DNA of 64,000 nt from Deltaproteobacteria bacterium (lineage in GTDB: Bacteria > CG2-30-53-67): NCBI GenBank assembly GCA_013151235.1, contig JAADIO010000046.1, positions 1-64,000 of the forward strand, in the 5' to 3' direction. Position numbers and translations under genes: made by a program. This document shows, piece after piece, positions 19,738-30,136 of the stretch. Position 1 is the first letter of the stretch. Each line of letters starts with the position of its first letter. The notes beneath the pieces were generated by a model. That model ran no database searches and was not told the DNA's origin. It saw only the letters and a program-made list of their open reading frames with translations.

Positions 19738-20802
19738 ATGTTTTTCTCAAAACCGAAACAGTTAGTCGGGCTGGATGTGGGGACCAGTGCAGTGAAGGTC
19801 TTTCAGCTCAAGGAGTCCGGCGGCGGCTATCAACTGGTCCAGTCTGATGTCTGTCCCCTTGATCCGGATGTCATTGTGGACGGCACGGTGATGGATGCCG
19901 AACGGGTGATCTCGGCGATTCAGGAAATCTTTAGTGCCAAACGGATCAAGACGAAGAACGTAGCGCTTTCCGTGTCGGGGATCTCCGTGATTGTCAAAAA
20001 GATTACTCTTCCGGAAATGACGGAGGAGGAATTAGATGAATCGATCCAGTGGGAGGCGGAGCAGTACATTCCTTTCGACATTGAAGATGTGAACATCGAC
20101 TACCAGATCCTCGGGCCTGTCGGTGAGGAGGGGGCCCACCAAATGGAAGTCCTCCTGGTGGCGGTCAAGAAAGACAAGATTAATGAATATACCTCTCTCG
20201 TGGAGGAGGCCGGGTTGACGCCGGTTGTCGTGGATGTGGATGCTTTTGCCCTGGAAAATATGTATGAGATTAATTATGAGATCGACAAGAACGAAGCCGT
20301 AGCTCTGATTGATATCGGAGCGGGCCTGATGAATATTAATGTTATCCTGAACGGGATGTCGGCTTTCACCCGGGATATTTCGATCGGAGGAAATCAATTT
20401 ACCGAGGCGATTCAGAAAGAATTCGGCGTCAGCTTTGAGGATGCGGAAAAGGTAAAAAAAGGGGTGGACGTCGAAGGGGTCACGTTTCAAGAAGTTGTAC
20501 CGATCCTTGAGTCCGTCTCAAACGATGTGGCTTCCGAAATTCTTCGTTCCTTCGACTTTTTCCGTGCGACGGCTTCCCGGAACAAGACCCGGATTTCCCG
20601 TGTGATGATCAGCGGCGGCTGTGCCAGGATGAAAGGCTTGAAGGATTTCCTTTCGAAACATCTGGGGATGGAGGTCGGGATTATGAATCCTTTTCAGAAT
20701 ATCGAGATCCTGGAAGGGAGTTTCGATTTTGACAACATTCAGGAGATCGCACCGACGGCGGCTGTCGGGATCGGACTCGCACTGCGAAGGGTGGATGACT
20801 GA
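19738..20802 (+). CDS. pilM: Type IV pilus assembly protein PilM
   Basis: VGLDVGTSAVK, WEAEQYIPFDI, IDIGAG, GLALR. Confidence 0.95.
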   Translation: MFFSKPKQLVGLDVGTSAVKVFQLKESGGGYQLVQSDVCPLDPDVIVDGTVMDAERVISAIQEIFSAKRIKTKNVALSVSGISVIVKKITLPEMTEEELDESIQWEAEQYIPFDIEDVNIDYQILGPVGEEGAHQMEVLLVAVKKDKINEYTSLVEEAGLTPVVVDVDAFALENMYEINYEIDKNEAVALIDIGAGLMNINVILNGMSAFTRDISIGGNQFTEAIQKEFGVSFEDAEKVKKGVDVEGVTFQEVVPILESVSNDVASEILRSFDFFRATASRNKTRISRVMISGGCARMKGLKDFLSKHLGMEVGIMNPFQNIEILEGSFDFDNIQEIAPTAAVGIGLALRRVDD

Positions 20803-21350
20803 TGATCAAGATTAATCTTCTGCCGACCAGAAAGATACGGAAACGTTTAGGGGTGAAGCAGGAACTGATCCTCTCCGGCCTGCTCCTTCTCCTGGTCCTG
20901 ATTTGTGAGACTTTGCTGTGGAATATGCAGAGTAATCATATTGAAAGATTGACCTTGCAGAAGAACCGGCAACAGCAGGAACTCAACAATCTGAAAAAAG
21001 TCGTCGCCGAGGTTGAGCAGTTCAAAAGAGACAAGAAACTCTATGAACAGAAAATCAATATTATCAAGGACCTGGAAGCCCAGCAGAGCGGTCCGGTGCA
21101 TGTACTTGATGAACTGAGTCTGGATGTTCCGGATAAACTCTGGTTTCGTTCTTTATCCATGAAGGGGAATCACCTGACCCTTTCCGGTTTGGCTTTTGCC
21201 AATATTTCGATTGTGGATTTCATCAACAATCTGAAAAAATCTCCTTATTTCCAGAATGTTCAACTCAAGGAGTCGAAAAGAACAAAGCAGAATAAGACGC
21301 GTGTCTATGCCTATACATTAACCGCGCGTATTTCGATTCCGAAGAAATAA
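20802..21350 (+). CDS. pilN: Type IV pilus assembly protein PilN
   Basis: MIKINLLP motif, TM helix, coiled coil. Confidence 0.93.
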   Translation: MIKINLLPTRKIRKRLGVKQELILSGLLLLLVLICETLLWNMQSNHIERLTLQKNRQQQELNNLKKVVAEVEQFKRDKKLYEQKINIIKDLEAQQSGPVHVLDELSLDVPDKLWFRSLSMKGNHLTLSGLAFANISIVDFINNLKKSPYFQNVQLKESKRTKQNKTRVYAYTLTARISIPKK

Positions 21351-21393
21351 TAAATTGTCATCGGTATCTCGATAGATCAAGGGGCGGAACATT

Positions 21394-22008
21394 ATGAGTT
21401 TTGAGGCCATTGAAGGCATACCGAAACAGCAACGGGTCATTGTGATCGTGGTTCTTTTCGTGGCTGTGATCGGGCTTTTCTTCCTTTATCCTTACCGGAA
21501 CAACCATAGGCATATTGAAAGCCTGAACAAAAAGATTGCGGAATTGGAACGCCAGATCGTCGTGAATAAAAGTCTGGCGGAGAAGAAGGATGAACTCCTG
21601 TCACGAAATGCGGAACTGCAGAAGCGACTTCATGAGGTCCAGCAGAAGTTCCCGACCTCCAGTGAAGTGACGGACCTGTTACGGCAGGTTTCCATCCTGG
21701 GACAGCAATCCGGACTCGATTTTCGGTTATGGAAACCAAGGGCCAAGGTCAAGAGCCCGTCCAATCTCTATTATGAAATCCCGGTGGAAATAGAGGTCGT
21801 GGGGGGATATCATGAGGTGGGTGTCTTTTTTGACCGGGTGAGCAAACTCCCCCGTATCGTGAATATTACGGATCTCTCCATGTCTTCCAGGGGCTCCCGG
21901 AGCGGACATGCGTCAGGGGGGATTGTGACGCGCTGTATTGCAAAGACCTTCAGCGCTATGAGTGAGAAAGAGATGCAATCGGCGGCCCGGGGACACCGTA
22001 AAAAATAA
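21394..22008 (+). CDS. pilO: Type IV pilus assembly protein PilO
   Basis: YYEIPV...GGYHEVGVFFDRVSKLPRIVN. Confidence 0.92.
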   Translation: MSFEAIEGIPKQQRVIVIVVLFVAVIGLFFLYPYRNNHRHIESLNKKIAELERQIVVNKSLAEKKDELLSRNAELQKRLHEVQQKFPTSSEVTDLLRQVSILGQQSGLDFRLWKPRAKVKSPSNLYYEIPVEIEVVGGYHEVGVFFDRVSKLPRIVNITDLSMSSRGSRSGHASGGIVTRCIAKTFSAMSEKEMQSAARGHRKK

Positions 22009-22052
22009 CATGATAATTTTTCGTTAACCCCGGGCAGGAGGCAGGATCTTTT

Positions 22053-22565
22053 ATGGATCGACATCGTAACCAGTGGAAATTTGTCGGGTTGTGTTTTGCG
22101 ATGATGTTCTTCACGGCGGCTGTGACTTCTGCCCGGTCCCCGAAACCGATGGAACACATTGAATTGGGGGCGGAAGGAAAATCGATCCAGAATGCGGATA
22201 AGACCCCGGAGGAGTATACCTATATTCCGGGTGAGCGACGGGATCCCTTTGTTTCGCTTCTGCGGAGAGGGGAACAGAAAAACAACACAGAGGATGAGCT
22301 GACACCGTTGCAGCGAGTTGAGATCTCCGATCTCCATCTGGTGGGGATCGTGGAGGACCCGGAGGGGAATAAGGCCCTGGTGCAAACTCCGGATGGCAGG
22401 GGGTACACATTACGTGTGGGTCTTCGTGTCGGGAAACATGACGGCACGGTCAAACGGATTCTGGACGACAAGGTAATTATTCAAGAGAAAAAGGCCGACA
22501 TCTTAGGACAAATTACTGTCTCCAAAGAGATTCTGGAACTTAAAAAAGAGGAGGGAAATCGATGA
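22053..22565 (+). CDS. pilP: Type IV pilus assembly protein PilP
   Basis: RRDPF, LVGIV, ALVQTPDGRGY. Confidence 0.9.
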   Translation: MDRHRNQWKFVGLCFAMMFFTAAVTSARSPKPMEHIELGAEGKSIQNADKTPEEYTYIPGERRDPFVSLLRRGEQKNNTEDELTPLQRVEISDLHLVGIVEDPEGNKALVQTPDGRGYTLRVGLRVGKHDGTVKRILDDKVIIQEKKADILGQITVSKEILELKKEEGNR

Positions 22566-24058
22566 ACTCCCTGCGTCCCAAAACATTGCTTTTGTTATCA
22601 TTCGCCATGCTGGCCCTCTTCTTTCCGGTACAGGGGTCCTCCGCCGAGGACAGCATCAATCATCTGATTCAAAATCTGAAGAGTGCTCCTGCGGATGCAA
22701 CCCGTGTCCAGCCTTCCCTGATGACAAAGCCGGTCGACGCCGGGACCATCTATAAGAACCTTGCAAGGCCTGTGGAGGCCCGAAAATATACCGGAAAGAA
22801 GATCTCGCTTGATCTGCAGGATGCCGATGTCGTCAATGTTCTCCGGTTGATTGCCGATATCGGCGGGGTCAATATTGTTTTCGGGTCGGATGTCTCCGGC
22901 AAGGTGACGGTGAACCTGAAAAACATCCCCTGGGATCAGGCCCTCGATATCGTTCTTATGACGAATGGTCTGGACAAGGTCCGGATGGGAAAGATTATCC
23001 GCATCGCCCGATCGGAGACGATTACGGAAGAGGCGAATAAGCGGCTGGCGGCCATGAAGGCGAGCGACAAGGTGGAGCCGCTGGTCACGCGGATCATCCC
23101 CGTCAACTATTCCGATATCAAGACGATCAAGGATTCGGATCTTGTCAAGAATATTCTCTCCGATCGCGGGAAGATCGATATGGATGAACGAACCAATACC
23201 CTCATTGTCTATGATATAGCGAAAAATGTCGACAAGATCGAAGCACTGGTAGAGAGACTGGACACGCGTATCCCCCAGGTCCTGATCGAGGCCAGGATCG
23301 TCGAGGTGACCAACGATTTCAGTAAGGAATTGGGGATCCAGTGGGGGTTTGCGAGGGCGCATTCCGGTACCCATACGACAACCAACCTCTTTGGAGGCAA
23401 TACCGGGAGTGATGCTTTTTATGGTCTTTCGGATCCTTCCACCGGGACGGCGGCTATCTCTGGTGGAGAGACTCTTCCGGTCGGTTTCAATGTGAACCTT
23501 CCGGCCGGAGGGGAGGGCGGTAGTTTCGGTTTCAACGTAGGCCGTTTTTTCTCCAACAGTCTCTATGTCCTAGATGCAAGGCTTTCCCTGGCGCAGAGCA
23601 AGAATGAGGCCAAGGTGATCTCATCCCCCCGGATCATGACCATCGACAACCAGAAGGCCGATGTGGTTCAGGGCGAGGATATCCCCTACTCGACGGTCTC
23701 CCAGAATGGGACGCAGATACAGTTTGTCAAAGCGAACCTTGAGTTGATCGTGACGCCGCATGTGACGGCGGAGAATACCCTTCTTCTCGATGTGGAGACG
23801 CATCGGGATTCCGCCGGTACGGTCGGTTCATCGGGGGCGCCACCGATTACCCGTAACACGGCGAGTACCACGGTCCTCCTGAACGACGGGGAGACGACGG
23901 TGATCGGCGGGATTTATATTATTGATAAAACGAAAAGTCGTGTCGGGGTCCCGTGGTTGATGGATGTTCCCTATCTCGGCAAGTTCTTCCGGCGGGACAA
24001 AGTAACGAACAGCAAGAAGGAACTCCTTGTGTTCCTAACTCCGAAGATCATCCGCTGA
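22562..24058 (+). CDS. pilQ: Type IV pilus secretin PilQ (short form, no AMIN domains evident)
   Basis: YTGKKISLDLQDAD, PWDQALD, QVLIEARIVE, LGIQWG, ELLVFLTPKI. Confidence 0.95.
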   Translation: MNSLRPKTLLLLSFAMLALFFPVQGSSAEDSINHLIQNLKSAPADATRVQPSLMTKPVDAGTIYKNLARPVEARKYTGKKISLDLQDADVVNVLRLIADIGGVNIVFGSDVSGKVTVNLKNIPWDQALDIVLMTNGLDKVRMGKIIRIARSETITEEANKRLAAMKASDKVEPLVTRIIPVNYSDIKTIKDSDLVKNILSDRGKIDMDERTNTLIVYDIAKNVDKIEALVERLDTRIPQVLIEARIVEVTNDFSKELGIQWGFARAHSGTHTTTNLFGGNTGSDAFYGLSDPSTGTAAISGGETLPVGFNVNLPAGGEGGSFGFNVGRFFSNSLYVLDARLSLAQSKNEAKVISSPRIMTIDNQKADVVQGEDIPYSTVSQNGTQIQFVKANLELIVTPHVTAENTLLLDVETHRDSAGTVGSSGAPPITRNTASTTVLLNDGETTVIGGIYIIDKTKSRVGVPWLMDVPYLGKFFRRDKVTNSKKELLVFLTPKIIR

Positions 24059-24059
24059 T

Positions 24060-24090
24060 AAAAAAACGCCCCCAAAGGGGGCGTTTTTTT
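24060..24090. terminator. Bidirectional rho-independent terminator
   Basis: AAAAAAACGCCCCC-AAA-GGGGGCGTTTTTTT. Confidence 0.9.
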
Positions 24091-24209
24091 ATGCCATAAA
24101 CCCTTTCATATCGTGAAACTTCTATTTACATCTTTCCGGTTTTCGATTATTCTGTGCGACGATCCCTTCCGGGGGACTTTTCTCGGTAACGAAGACAGGA
24201 GAGTTCGGG

Positions 24210-25376
24210 ATGACTCTGCATTACATAACCGCCGGTGAGTCTCATGGAAAGGGCTTAACGGCCATTCTGGAAGGGATGCCGGCGGGTCTGCCGATCCGGA
24301 CCGAAGAGATTGACCATGACCTCGCCCGACGTCAGCTGGGATACGGCCGGGGAGGGCGGATGAAAATTGAGCGGGACCGGGTGGAGATCCGGGGGGGGGT
24401 CCGTAAAGGTGAAACGCTCGGCAGCCCGGTTGCGCTCTTTATTGAGAACAAGGACTGGACGAACTGGAAAGAGGTGATGTCGGAGACGCCCGGACCGTAT
24501 GATCTTTCAAAAAGGGTGACCCGTCCCCGTCCCGGACATGCGGACCTTCCGGGAGGGATCAAGTACGGTCACCGGGATCTGCGCAATATCCTGGAACGAT
24601 CCTCTGCGCGGGAGACCGCCGCCCGGGTGGCGGTCGGCGCTGTGGCGCGGAAACTTCTGTCGGAATTCGGGATGATTGTCTTCAGTCATGTCGTATCGAT
24701 CGGAGGTGTCGAGGCGGACCGGGAAGAGAAGGTCTTTCAGAAGAAACTGCTGAACCGTATTGAGAAGTCCGATCTGAGGTGTGCGGATCCCGCTGCGGCG
24801 GAAAGGATGCGCAAGAGGATCGATGAGGCCGTTCGGGAGGGGGATTCTCTGGGAGGGATCTTTGAGGTGCGGGTCACAAACGTTCCCATCGGTCTGGGGA
24901 GTCACGTCCATTATGAACGAAAACTGAATGCCCGTCTGGCGGCTGCCGTGATGTCGATCCAGGCCGTCAAGGGAGTGGAGATCGGCATCGGTTTCGCTGC
25001 TGCCCGTCGTCCCGGGTCTGAAGTACACGATGAAATTTATTATTCCAGGGCAAAAGGTTTTTATCATCGAACGAACCGGGCCGGTGGAATTGAAGGCGGA
25101 ATGAGCAATGGTGAGGAGATCGTTCTTCGGGCGGTCATGAAACCGATCCCGACCCTGATGCGTCCCCTCCGTTCCGTCGATATAGAGAACAAACGTTCTT
25201 TCAAGGCCGGGGTAGAGCGCTCCGACGTCTGTGCCGTTCCGGCCGCGGGCGTAATTGCCGAAGCGGCGGTCTCCTTTGAGATTGCCCGGGCCATGATGGA
25301 GAAATTCGGTGGAGACTCTCTCTCCGAAATGCAACGAAATTTCAGGCATTACCTGGAAGCGGTCGGAAGATATTGA
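24210..25376 (+). CDS. aroC: Chorismate synthase
   Basis: [28 protein letters not shown]. Confidence 0.97.
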   Translation: MTLHYITAGESHGKGLTAILEGMPAGLPIRTEEIDHDLARRQLGYGRGGRMKIERDRVEIRGGVRKGETLGSPVALFIENKDWTNWKEVMSETPGPYDLSKRVTRPRPGHADLPGGIKYGHRDLRNILERSSARETAARVAVGAVARKLLSEFGMIVFSHVVSIGGVEADREEKVFQKKLLNRIEKSDLRCADPAAAERMRKRIDEAVREGDSLGGIFEVRVTNVPIGLGSHVHYERKLNARLAAAVMSIQAVKGVEIGIGFAAARRPGSEVHDEIYYSRAKGFYHRTNRAGGIEGGMSNGEEIVLRAVMKPIPTLMRPLRSVDIENKRSFKAGVERSDVCAVPAAGVIAEAAVSFEIARAMMEKFGGDSLSEMQRNFRHYLEAVGRY

Positions 25377-26455
25377 TCATGGAAAAGATTGACGTCAACC
25401 TTGGAACGCGAAGCTATGTCATTCGAATCGGTTCGGGACTGCTCGACCGGGTGGGTGACGATCTGGAGGCCTTCAACCTCGGCTCACGCGTGGCCGTGAT
25501 TACAAACTCCGTGGTTCGTCCCCTTTATGGAAAGCAGGTTCGGAACGCCCTGGAACGTGCCGGTTTTCAGGTCCGGACGGTGGAGATCTCCGATGGAGAA
25601 ACTTATAAAACCCTGGCCACGGCGGAACGGCTCTATGACGAATTCGTTGATTTCCGGATGGACCGGACTTCCACCATCGTGGCCCTGGGCGGAGGGGTCA
25701 TCGGAGACCTGGCCGGGTTTGCCGCGGCCACATACATGCGCGGGATCCATTTTATCAATATTCCCACCACCCTGCTGGCGCAGGTGGATTCCGCAATCGG
25801 CGGAAAGACCGGCGTCGATCATCCCCGGGGAAAGAACCTGATCGGCGCCTTTTATCAACCGGAAGCGGTCTTCTGCGATCTGGATGTTTTGAAGACGCTG
25901 CCCCGGAAGGAACAGGTCGCGGGGATGGCCGAGGTGGTCAAGTATGGCGTGATCCTTGATGCCGATTTTTTCTCCTATCTGGAATCCCATGTGATGCAAA
26001 TACGGGAGCAGGACGACTCCGCCCTGTTTGAAGTCGTTCGCTCTTCCTGTGAATCCAAAGCCCATGTAGTGGAAGAAGATGAACGGGAGGCGGGATTGCG
26101 GGCCATTCTCAATTACGGTCATACCCTGGGCCATGCGATCGAGTCCCTGACCGGATATTCACGTTATATTCACGGTGAGGCGGTTTCGATGGGGATGGTT
26201 GCCGCGGCGAAAATCGCCCGGGGAATGGGGCTCTGCGATGCAAGAGTGGTGGAGCGTATTGTGAACCTTTTGCAGAAGATCGGGTTGCCCGTCGAGATTC
26301 CGGAAATCAATGCAGACGCAGTTCTTGAGATTCTTTCCCATGACAAAAAAGTCAGCGACGGCAGGGTCCGTTTTGTTCTGCCGGAACGGATCGGGAAGGT
26401 TGTTATCCGGGATGATGTGCCGCCGGATCTGATTCGGAGCGTCTTGAACGGCTGA
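25373..26455 (+). CDS. aroB: 3-dehydroquinate synthase
   Basis: [38 protein letters not shown]. Confidence 0.97.
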   Translation: MIMEKIDVNLGTRSYVIRIGSGLLDRVGDDLEAFNLGSRVAVITNSVVRPLYGKQVRNALERAGFQVRTVEISDGETYKTLATAERLYDEFVDFRMDRTSTIVALGGGVIGDLAGFAAATYMRGIHFINIPTTLLAQVDSAIGGKTGVDHPRGKNLIGAFYQPEAVFCDLDVLKTLPRKEQVAGMAEVVKYGVILDADFFSYLESHVMQIREQDDSALFEVVRSSCESKAHVVEEDEREAGLRAILNYGHTLGHAIESLTGYSRYIHGEAVSMGMVAAAKIARGMGLCDARVVERIVNLLQKIGLPVEIPEINADAVLEILSHDKKVSDGRVRFVLPERIGKVVIRDDVPPDLIRSVLNG

Positions 26456-26506
26456 GGATGAAAGAGTCCAAGGGGTCGGCCGTCCTTCTGTTTATCTCCA
26501 TTTTGG

Positions 26507-27814
26507 TCATTTTCTCTTCTTTAAATAAATCCGGATCGGTACATCCGTAAATCCGAGGGATTTCCGGAAATGATTTGTCAGGAAACGACGATAGGAGAAG
26601 TGCACCGATGCGGGCATGTTCGCAAAGAGGACAAAGGTGGGGGGGGCGACCTCCGTTTGCGTTCCGTAAAAAAACTTGATTCTTCTATGCTTATGCAAAG
26701 AAGGTTCATGGCGTTTCACGGCATCCTGCAAGGTCTTGTTCACTTCCGCAGTTGAAACACGACGGTAGTAGGAGGTCTTCAACTTTTCCACAAGGGGAAA
26801 GATTGTCTGCAACTTTTCGCCGGTGAGTGCCGAAACAAAAAGGATCGGTGCATATTCCATGAACTTCAGTTGCTGCCGGATTGTGTCGGCAAAGGTCCGC
26901 TGGTTTGTGTGATGTTTTGCCTGATCCCACTTGTTGACGAGCAGAATGGATGCGACACCGGCATTGTGTGCCAGGCCTGCGATCTTGGCCTCCTGTTCCG
27001 TGATTCCCTCCACGGCGTCGATGAGGATCAGGCAAAGATCGGAATCCTGGATGCTTTTCATGACCATGAATACACTATAGAGCTCAATCCCATGGGTAAC
27101 TTTCGACCTTCTCCGAATCCCCGCCGTATCGACCAGGAGGTAGGGGTGTCCATTGAACTGGAAGGGCGTATCGATAGTATCCCGTGTCGTCCCCGGAATA
27201 TCGCTGGCGATGAGGCGGTCTTTCCCGATCAAGGCATTGATCAGCGTGGACTTTCCCGTATTGGGCCTTCCGATAACGCTGATCCTGAAAATTCCTTCTT
27301 CGAGGGCAGGGGGTTCTTCCGGAAGGGATTGGATCACCTCCGCCATCAGTTCATAGATCCCCAGATCGTGTTCCGCAGAGATCGTGTAGATTTGTTCCAT
27401 TCCGAACTCGTAGAAGAGCAGGGCGTTATTTTCCAGGCGCTCTCCCTCCACCTTGTTGATGACCGGATAGACCGGTTTGCGTTGTTTTCGCAGGAAATCA
27501 TGGATGTCTCGATCGATGGCCGTGGGACCCTCCCTCCCGTCCATAACGAAAAGGATACAATCCGCCTCTTCAATGGCCATCTGTACCTGTATCATCATCT
27601 GGTGCATGAGCGGTTCCGCCGTTCCCGGCTCAAACCCTCCCGTGTCGACCAGGAGAAAGGAGCGGTCATCAAACTCAGCGACGGCCATGTTGCGGTCCCG
27701 GGTGACGCCGGGCATGTTGTCGACGAGGGCTTTCCGTCTTCCGATCAACCGGTTAAAAAGGGTCGACTTCCCGACGTTCGGTCTTCCTACAATGGCGATG
27801 ACGGCAGTAGACAT
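26507..27814 (-). CDS. der: Ribosome biogenesis GTPase Der (EngA)
   Basis: Two G-domains: GRPNVGKST/DTGG and GRPNTGKST/DTAG/NKWD. Confidence 0.97.
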   Translation of the reverse strand: MSTAVIAIVGRPNVGKSTLFNRLIGRRKALVDNMPGVTRDRNMAVAEFDDRSFLLVDTGGFEPGTAEPLMHQMMIQVQMAIEEADCILFVMDGREGPTAIDRDIHDFLRKQRKPVYPVINKVEGERLENNALLFYEFGMEQIYTISAEHDLGIYELMAEVIQSLPEEPPALEEGIFRISVIGRPNTGKSTLINALIGKDRLIASDIPGTTRDTIDTPFQFNGHPYLLVDTAGIRRRSKVTHGIELYSVFMVMKSIQDSDLCLILIDAVEGITEQEAKIAGLAHNAGVASILLVNKWDQAKHHTNQRTFADTIRQQLKFMEYAPILFVSALTGEKLQTIFPLVEKLKTSYYRRVSTAEVNKTLQDAVKRHEPSLHKHRRIKFFYGTQTEVAPPTFVLFANMPASVHFSYRRFLTNHFRKSLGFTDVPIRIYLKKRK

Positions 27815-27897
27815 CTTGGTTCTCTCCACGAAAAGTTCAGAATTCGTGAACCATAACACAAACCGTTCCATTTCGCATTATGAAGGTACACATTTTT

Positions 27898-28075
27898 GAT
27901 GAAGTCGTAAAAAGTCATTTTCCGGATTCCGTTCATGGTTCGACAAGCTTCCGAGCATGGTGAGCTTGCCGAACCACACGAACGGAATATCAATGACTTA
28001 CACCGTTCGCCCTGAGCACGCCTGTCCTGAGCTGGTCGAAGGGTCGAAGGGTCGAACGGATTTTACGAGACCATC
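27898..28075 (+). mobile_element. Complete MITE with terminal inverted repeats and a 6-bp TSD (ATTTTT)
   Basis: ATTTTT|GATGAAGTCGTAAAAAGTC...GATTTTACGAGACCATC|ATTTTT; internal REP-like palindromes. Confidence 0.85.
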
Positions 28076-28154
28076 ATTTTTGCGTGCATACGTAAGAAAT
28101 ATTCAATATCAAGAGGTTATGGCCGTTGTTCACGAAAGGCGGAATCCTTTTCCC

Positions 28155-28309
28155 TTGACAGTAAACCGGTGGTATTGGTAGTTTATGGCCTGTTCCCGAC
28201 TTCGGGATGGAGACCGTTTGCAAAGGATGATCCTTCCCCGAAAGACAGGTATGGCTTTGCCGGTCTTTCCGATGAAAGATTGACTTGCCGGGTCCTCCAA
28301 GTGTAGAAT
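28155..28309 (+). promoter_or_regulatory. Two tandem sigma70-like promoters upstream of hrcA
   Basis: TTGACA(28155)-N18-TAGTTT and TTGACT(28280)-N18-TAGAAT. Confidence 0.5.
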
Positions 28310-28345
28310 AAATAAAAGTTAATCCGATTATTGCAGAGTCTGATT

Positions 28346-29377
28346 ATGGCACTTAATCCGAGGACGGAGGAAGTTCTTTTTACATTGGTACGGCACTATA
28401 TTGAATCGGGCGGGCCTGTTTCATCCGGAACGGTTGTGCAACAATCCGGCCTGAACCTTAGTCCGGCAACGATCCGGAACATCCTGGCGCTGCTCAATGA
28501 GCAGGGGTACCTGATGCAGCCCCATACCTCGGCCGGGCGGGTCCCGACGGATGTGGGATACCGGGCCTACGTGGACCACCTGATGGGCTGTTCGGGCCTT
28601 TCTGCGGAGGACGCATCCAGGATTGATCATCGCTATGGTCCTTCCGGAGAAGGAAAGGTGCTGGGGATGTTGCTGCAGGAAACTTCACAGATTCTTTCCG
28701 AATTCTCGCACTCCATCGGCTTGGTCCTGGCTCCGAAAATGACAGATGTCCGATACAACCATATGAAGTTCATCCGAATGGGAGACTGTGAAATTCTTGC
28801 CGTCCTGGTTTCTCAATCGGGGATTCTGCAAAGTCGGGTGATCCGTTCCGATGCAGGGTTGTCGCAGGAGGAACTGGACGAGATGACCCAGGTCCTCAAC
28901 CGGGAACTTCGCGGCCTGACTTTGCTGGAGGCGCGCCGCAGGATTATTCGGAAGATGGAAAAGGATATGCATGTTTATCGGACGCTCCTGAAAAAGGTTT
29001 TTCTGATGTCCGAGATCAGCGAACCGGAATCATTGCAGAATCAGCTTTATCTTGAAGGAGCGCCCAGGCTTCTGGAACACCCTGAATTCGCAGAAAACAT
29101 TGAGAAAATGAAAATTGTTTTTCAGGCCTTCACAAAGAAAACGAACCTGATCAAACTGCTTGACCGGAGTATGGATGCCGAGGGTGTCCTGGTCTATATC
29201 GGTTCGGAAAACCGTCATCGGATGTTGGAGGATTGTACGGTGGTGACGGCAACTTATAAATGTAATGGCCGTCCGATGGGAACACTCGGTGTCATTGGTC
29301 CCAAACGAATGGATTATTCCAGGGTCATTCCGGTGGTGGACTATACATCGAAACTTCTCAGCCGCTTTATCCATTGA
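28346..29377 (+). CDS. hrcA: Heat-inducible transcription repressor HrcA
   Basis: SPATIRN, QPHTSAGRVPTD.GYR.YVD, IGSEN, GVIGPKRMDY. Confidence 0.96.
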   Translation: MALNPRTEEVLFTLVRHYIESGGPVSSGTVVQQSGLNLSPATIRNILALLNEQGYLMQPHTSAGRVPTDVGYRAYVDHLMGCSGLSAEDASRIDHRYGPSGEGKVLGMLLQETSQILSEFSHSIGLVLAPKMTDVRYNHMKFIRMGDCEILAVLVSQSGILQSRVIRSDAGLSQEELDEMTQVLNRELRGLTLLEARRRIIRKMEKDMHVYRTLLKKVFLMSEISEPESLQNQLYLEGAPRLLEHPEFAENIEKMKIVFQAFTKKTNLIKLLDRSMDAEGVLVYIGSENRHRMLEDCTVVTATYKCNGRPMGTLGVIGPKRMDYSRVIPVVDYTSKLLSRFIH

Positions 29378-29461
29378 CAGGATCGCAAAGGAGCATACAG
29401 TAATATCCGTTCGGACGCGTCCCTCAAAAAGCGGATGCGATTCAAGGGAGAATGCAAAAAG

Positions 29462-30082
29462 ATGTCGAAGCACAAGAGAAAGGATCAGAAAAACCGGACT
29501 CCGGGGCAGGATGTGGTCGACGAATCGAAGGTCGCATCCCCGGAAGAATCAGGAGGAGCGAAAGGGACGAAAATGCCGGAATTATCGGAAGAGAGCCCCG
29601 AACTCACTCAGGCAAGGCGGGAAGTCCGTGAAAACTATGACCGGTTCCTCCGTGTTGCCGCGGAATTTGAGAATTATAAAAAACGGGTGGAGAAAGAAAA
29701 GTCGGATCTGGTCAAGTACGCTAACGAAGGTCTGATCAAGGATCTTTTGGGGGTGATAGACAACCTGGAGCGGGCACTGGAGCAGGCGGAACAGAACGTT
29801 CAGGCGGAAAGCCTTGTGGAAGGGATCGGGATGATCCTGAAGCTGATGAAGGATACCCTCGGGAAACACGGCGTGACGGAGATTCATGCATTAGGGGAAA
29901 CGTTTAATCCGAATCTTCACGAAGCCATGATGCACGAAGCGACGGATGAACATGCCGAGAATACGGTAATTGACGAATTTCAGAAAGGTTATGTCTTGAA
30001 GGATCGTCTCTTGCGGCCGTCCCTGGTAAAGGTGTCGAAGAAAAGTCCCGATAAGGCGGACGTGGGCGCTGCGGAAGAATAG
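29462..30082 (+). CDS. grpE: Nucleotide exchange factor GrpE
   Basis: AEFENYKKR, DNLERAL, FNPNLHEA, KGY..DRLLRP. Confidence 0.96.
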   Translation: MSKHKRKDQKNRTPGQDVVDESKVASPEESGGAKGTKMPELSEESPELTQARREVRENYDRFLRVAAEFENYKKRVEKEKSDLVKYANEGLIKDLLGVIDNLERALEQAEQNVQAESLVEGIGMILKLMKDTLGKHGVTEIHALGETFNPNLHEAMMHEATDEHAENTVIDEFQKGYVLKDRLLRPSLVKVSKKSPDKADVGAAEE

Positions 30083-30136
30083 AGATGGGCTGAAAAGCGG
30101 ATGTCCGCGCGCAACTCCTATAAGGAGAAAATCACT

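Noticed and set aside
25370-25380. aroK missing between aroC and aroB; likewise rmlA/rmlC and prmA absent from their usual clusters
   Set aside because: Gene-order variation is common and they may be elsewhere in the genome; cannot be judged from this window
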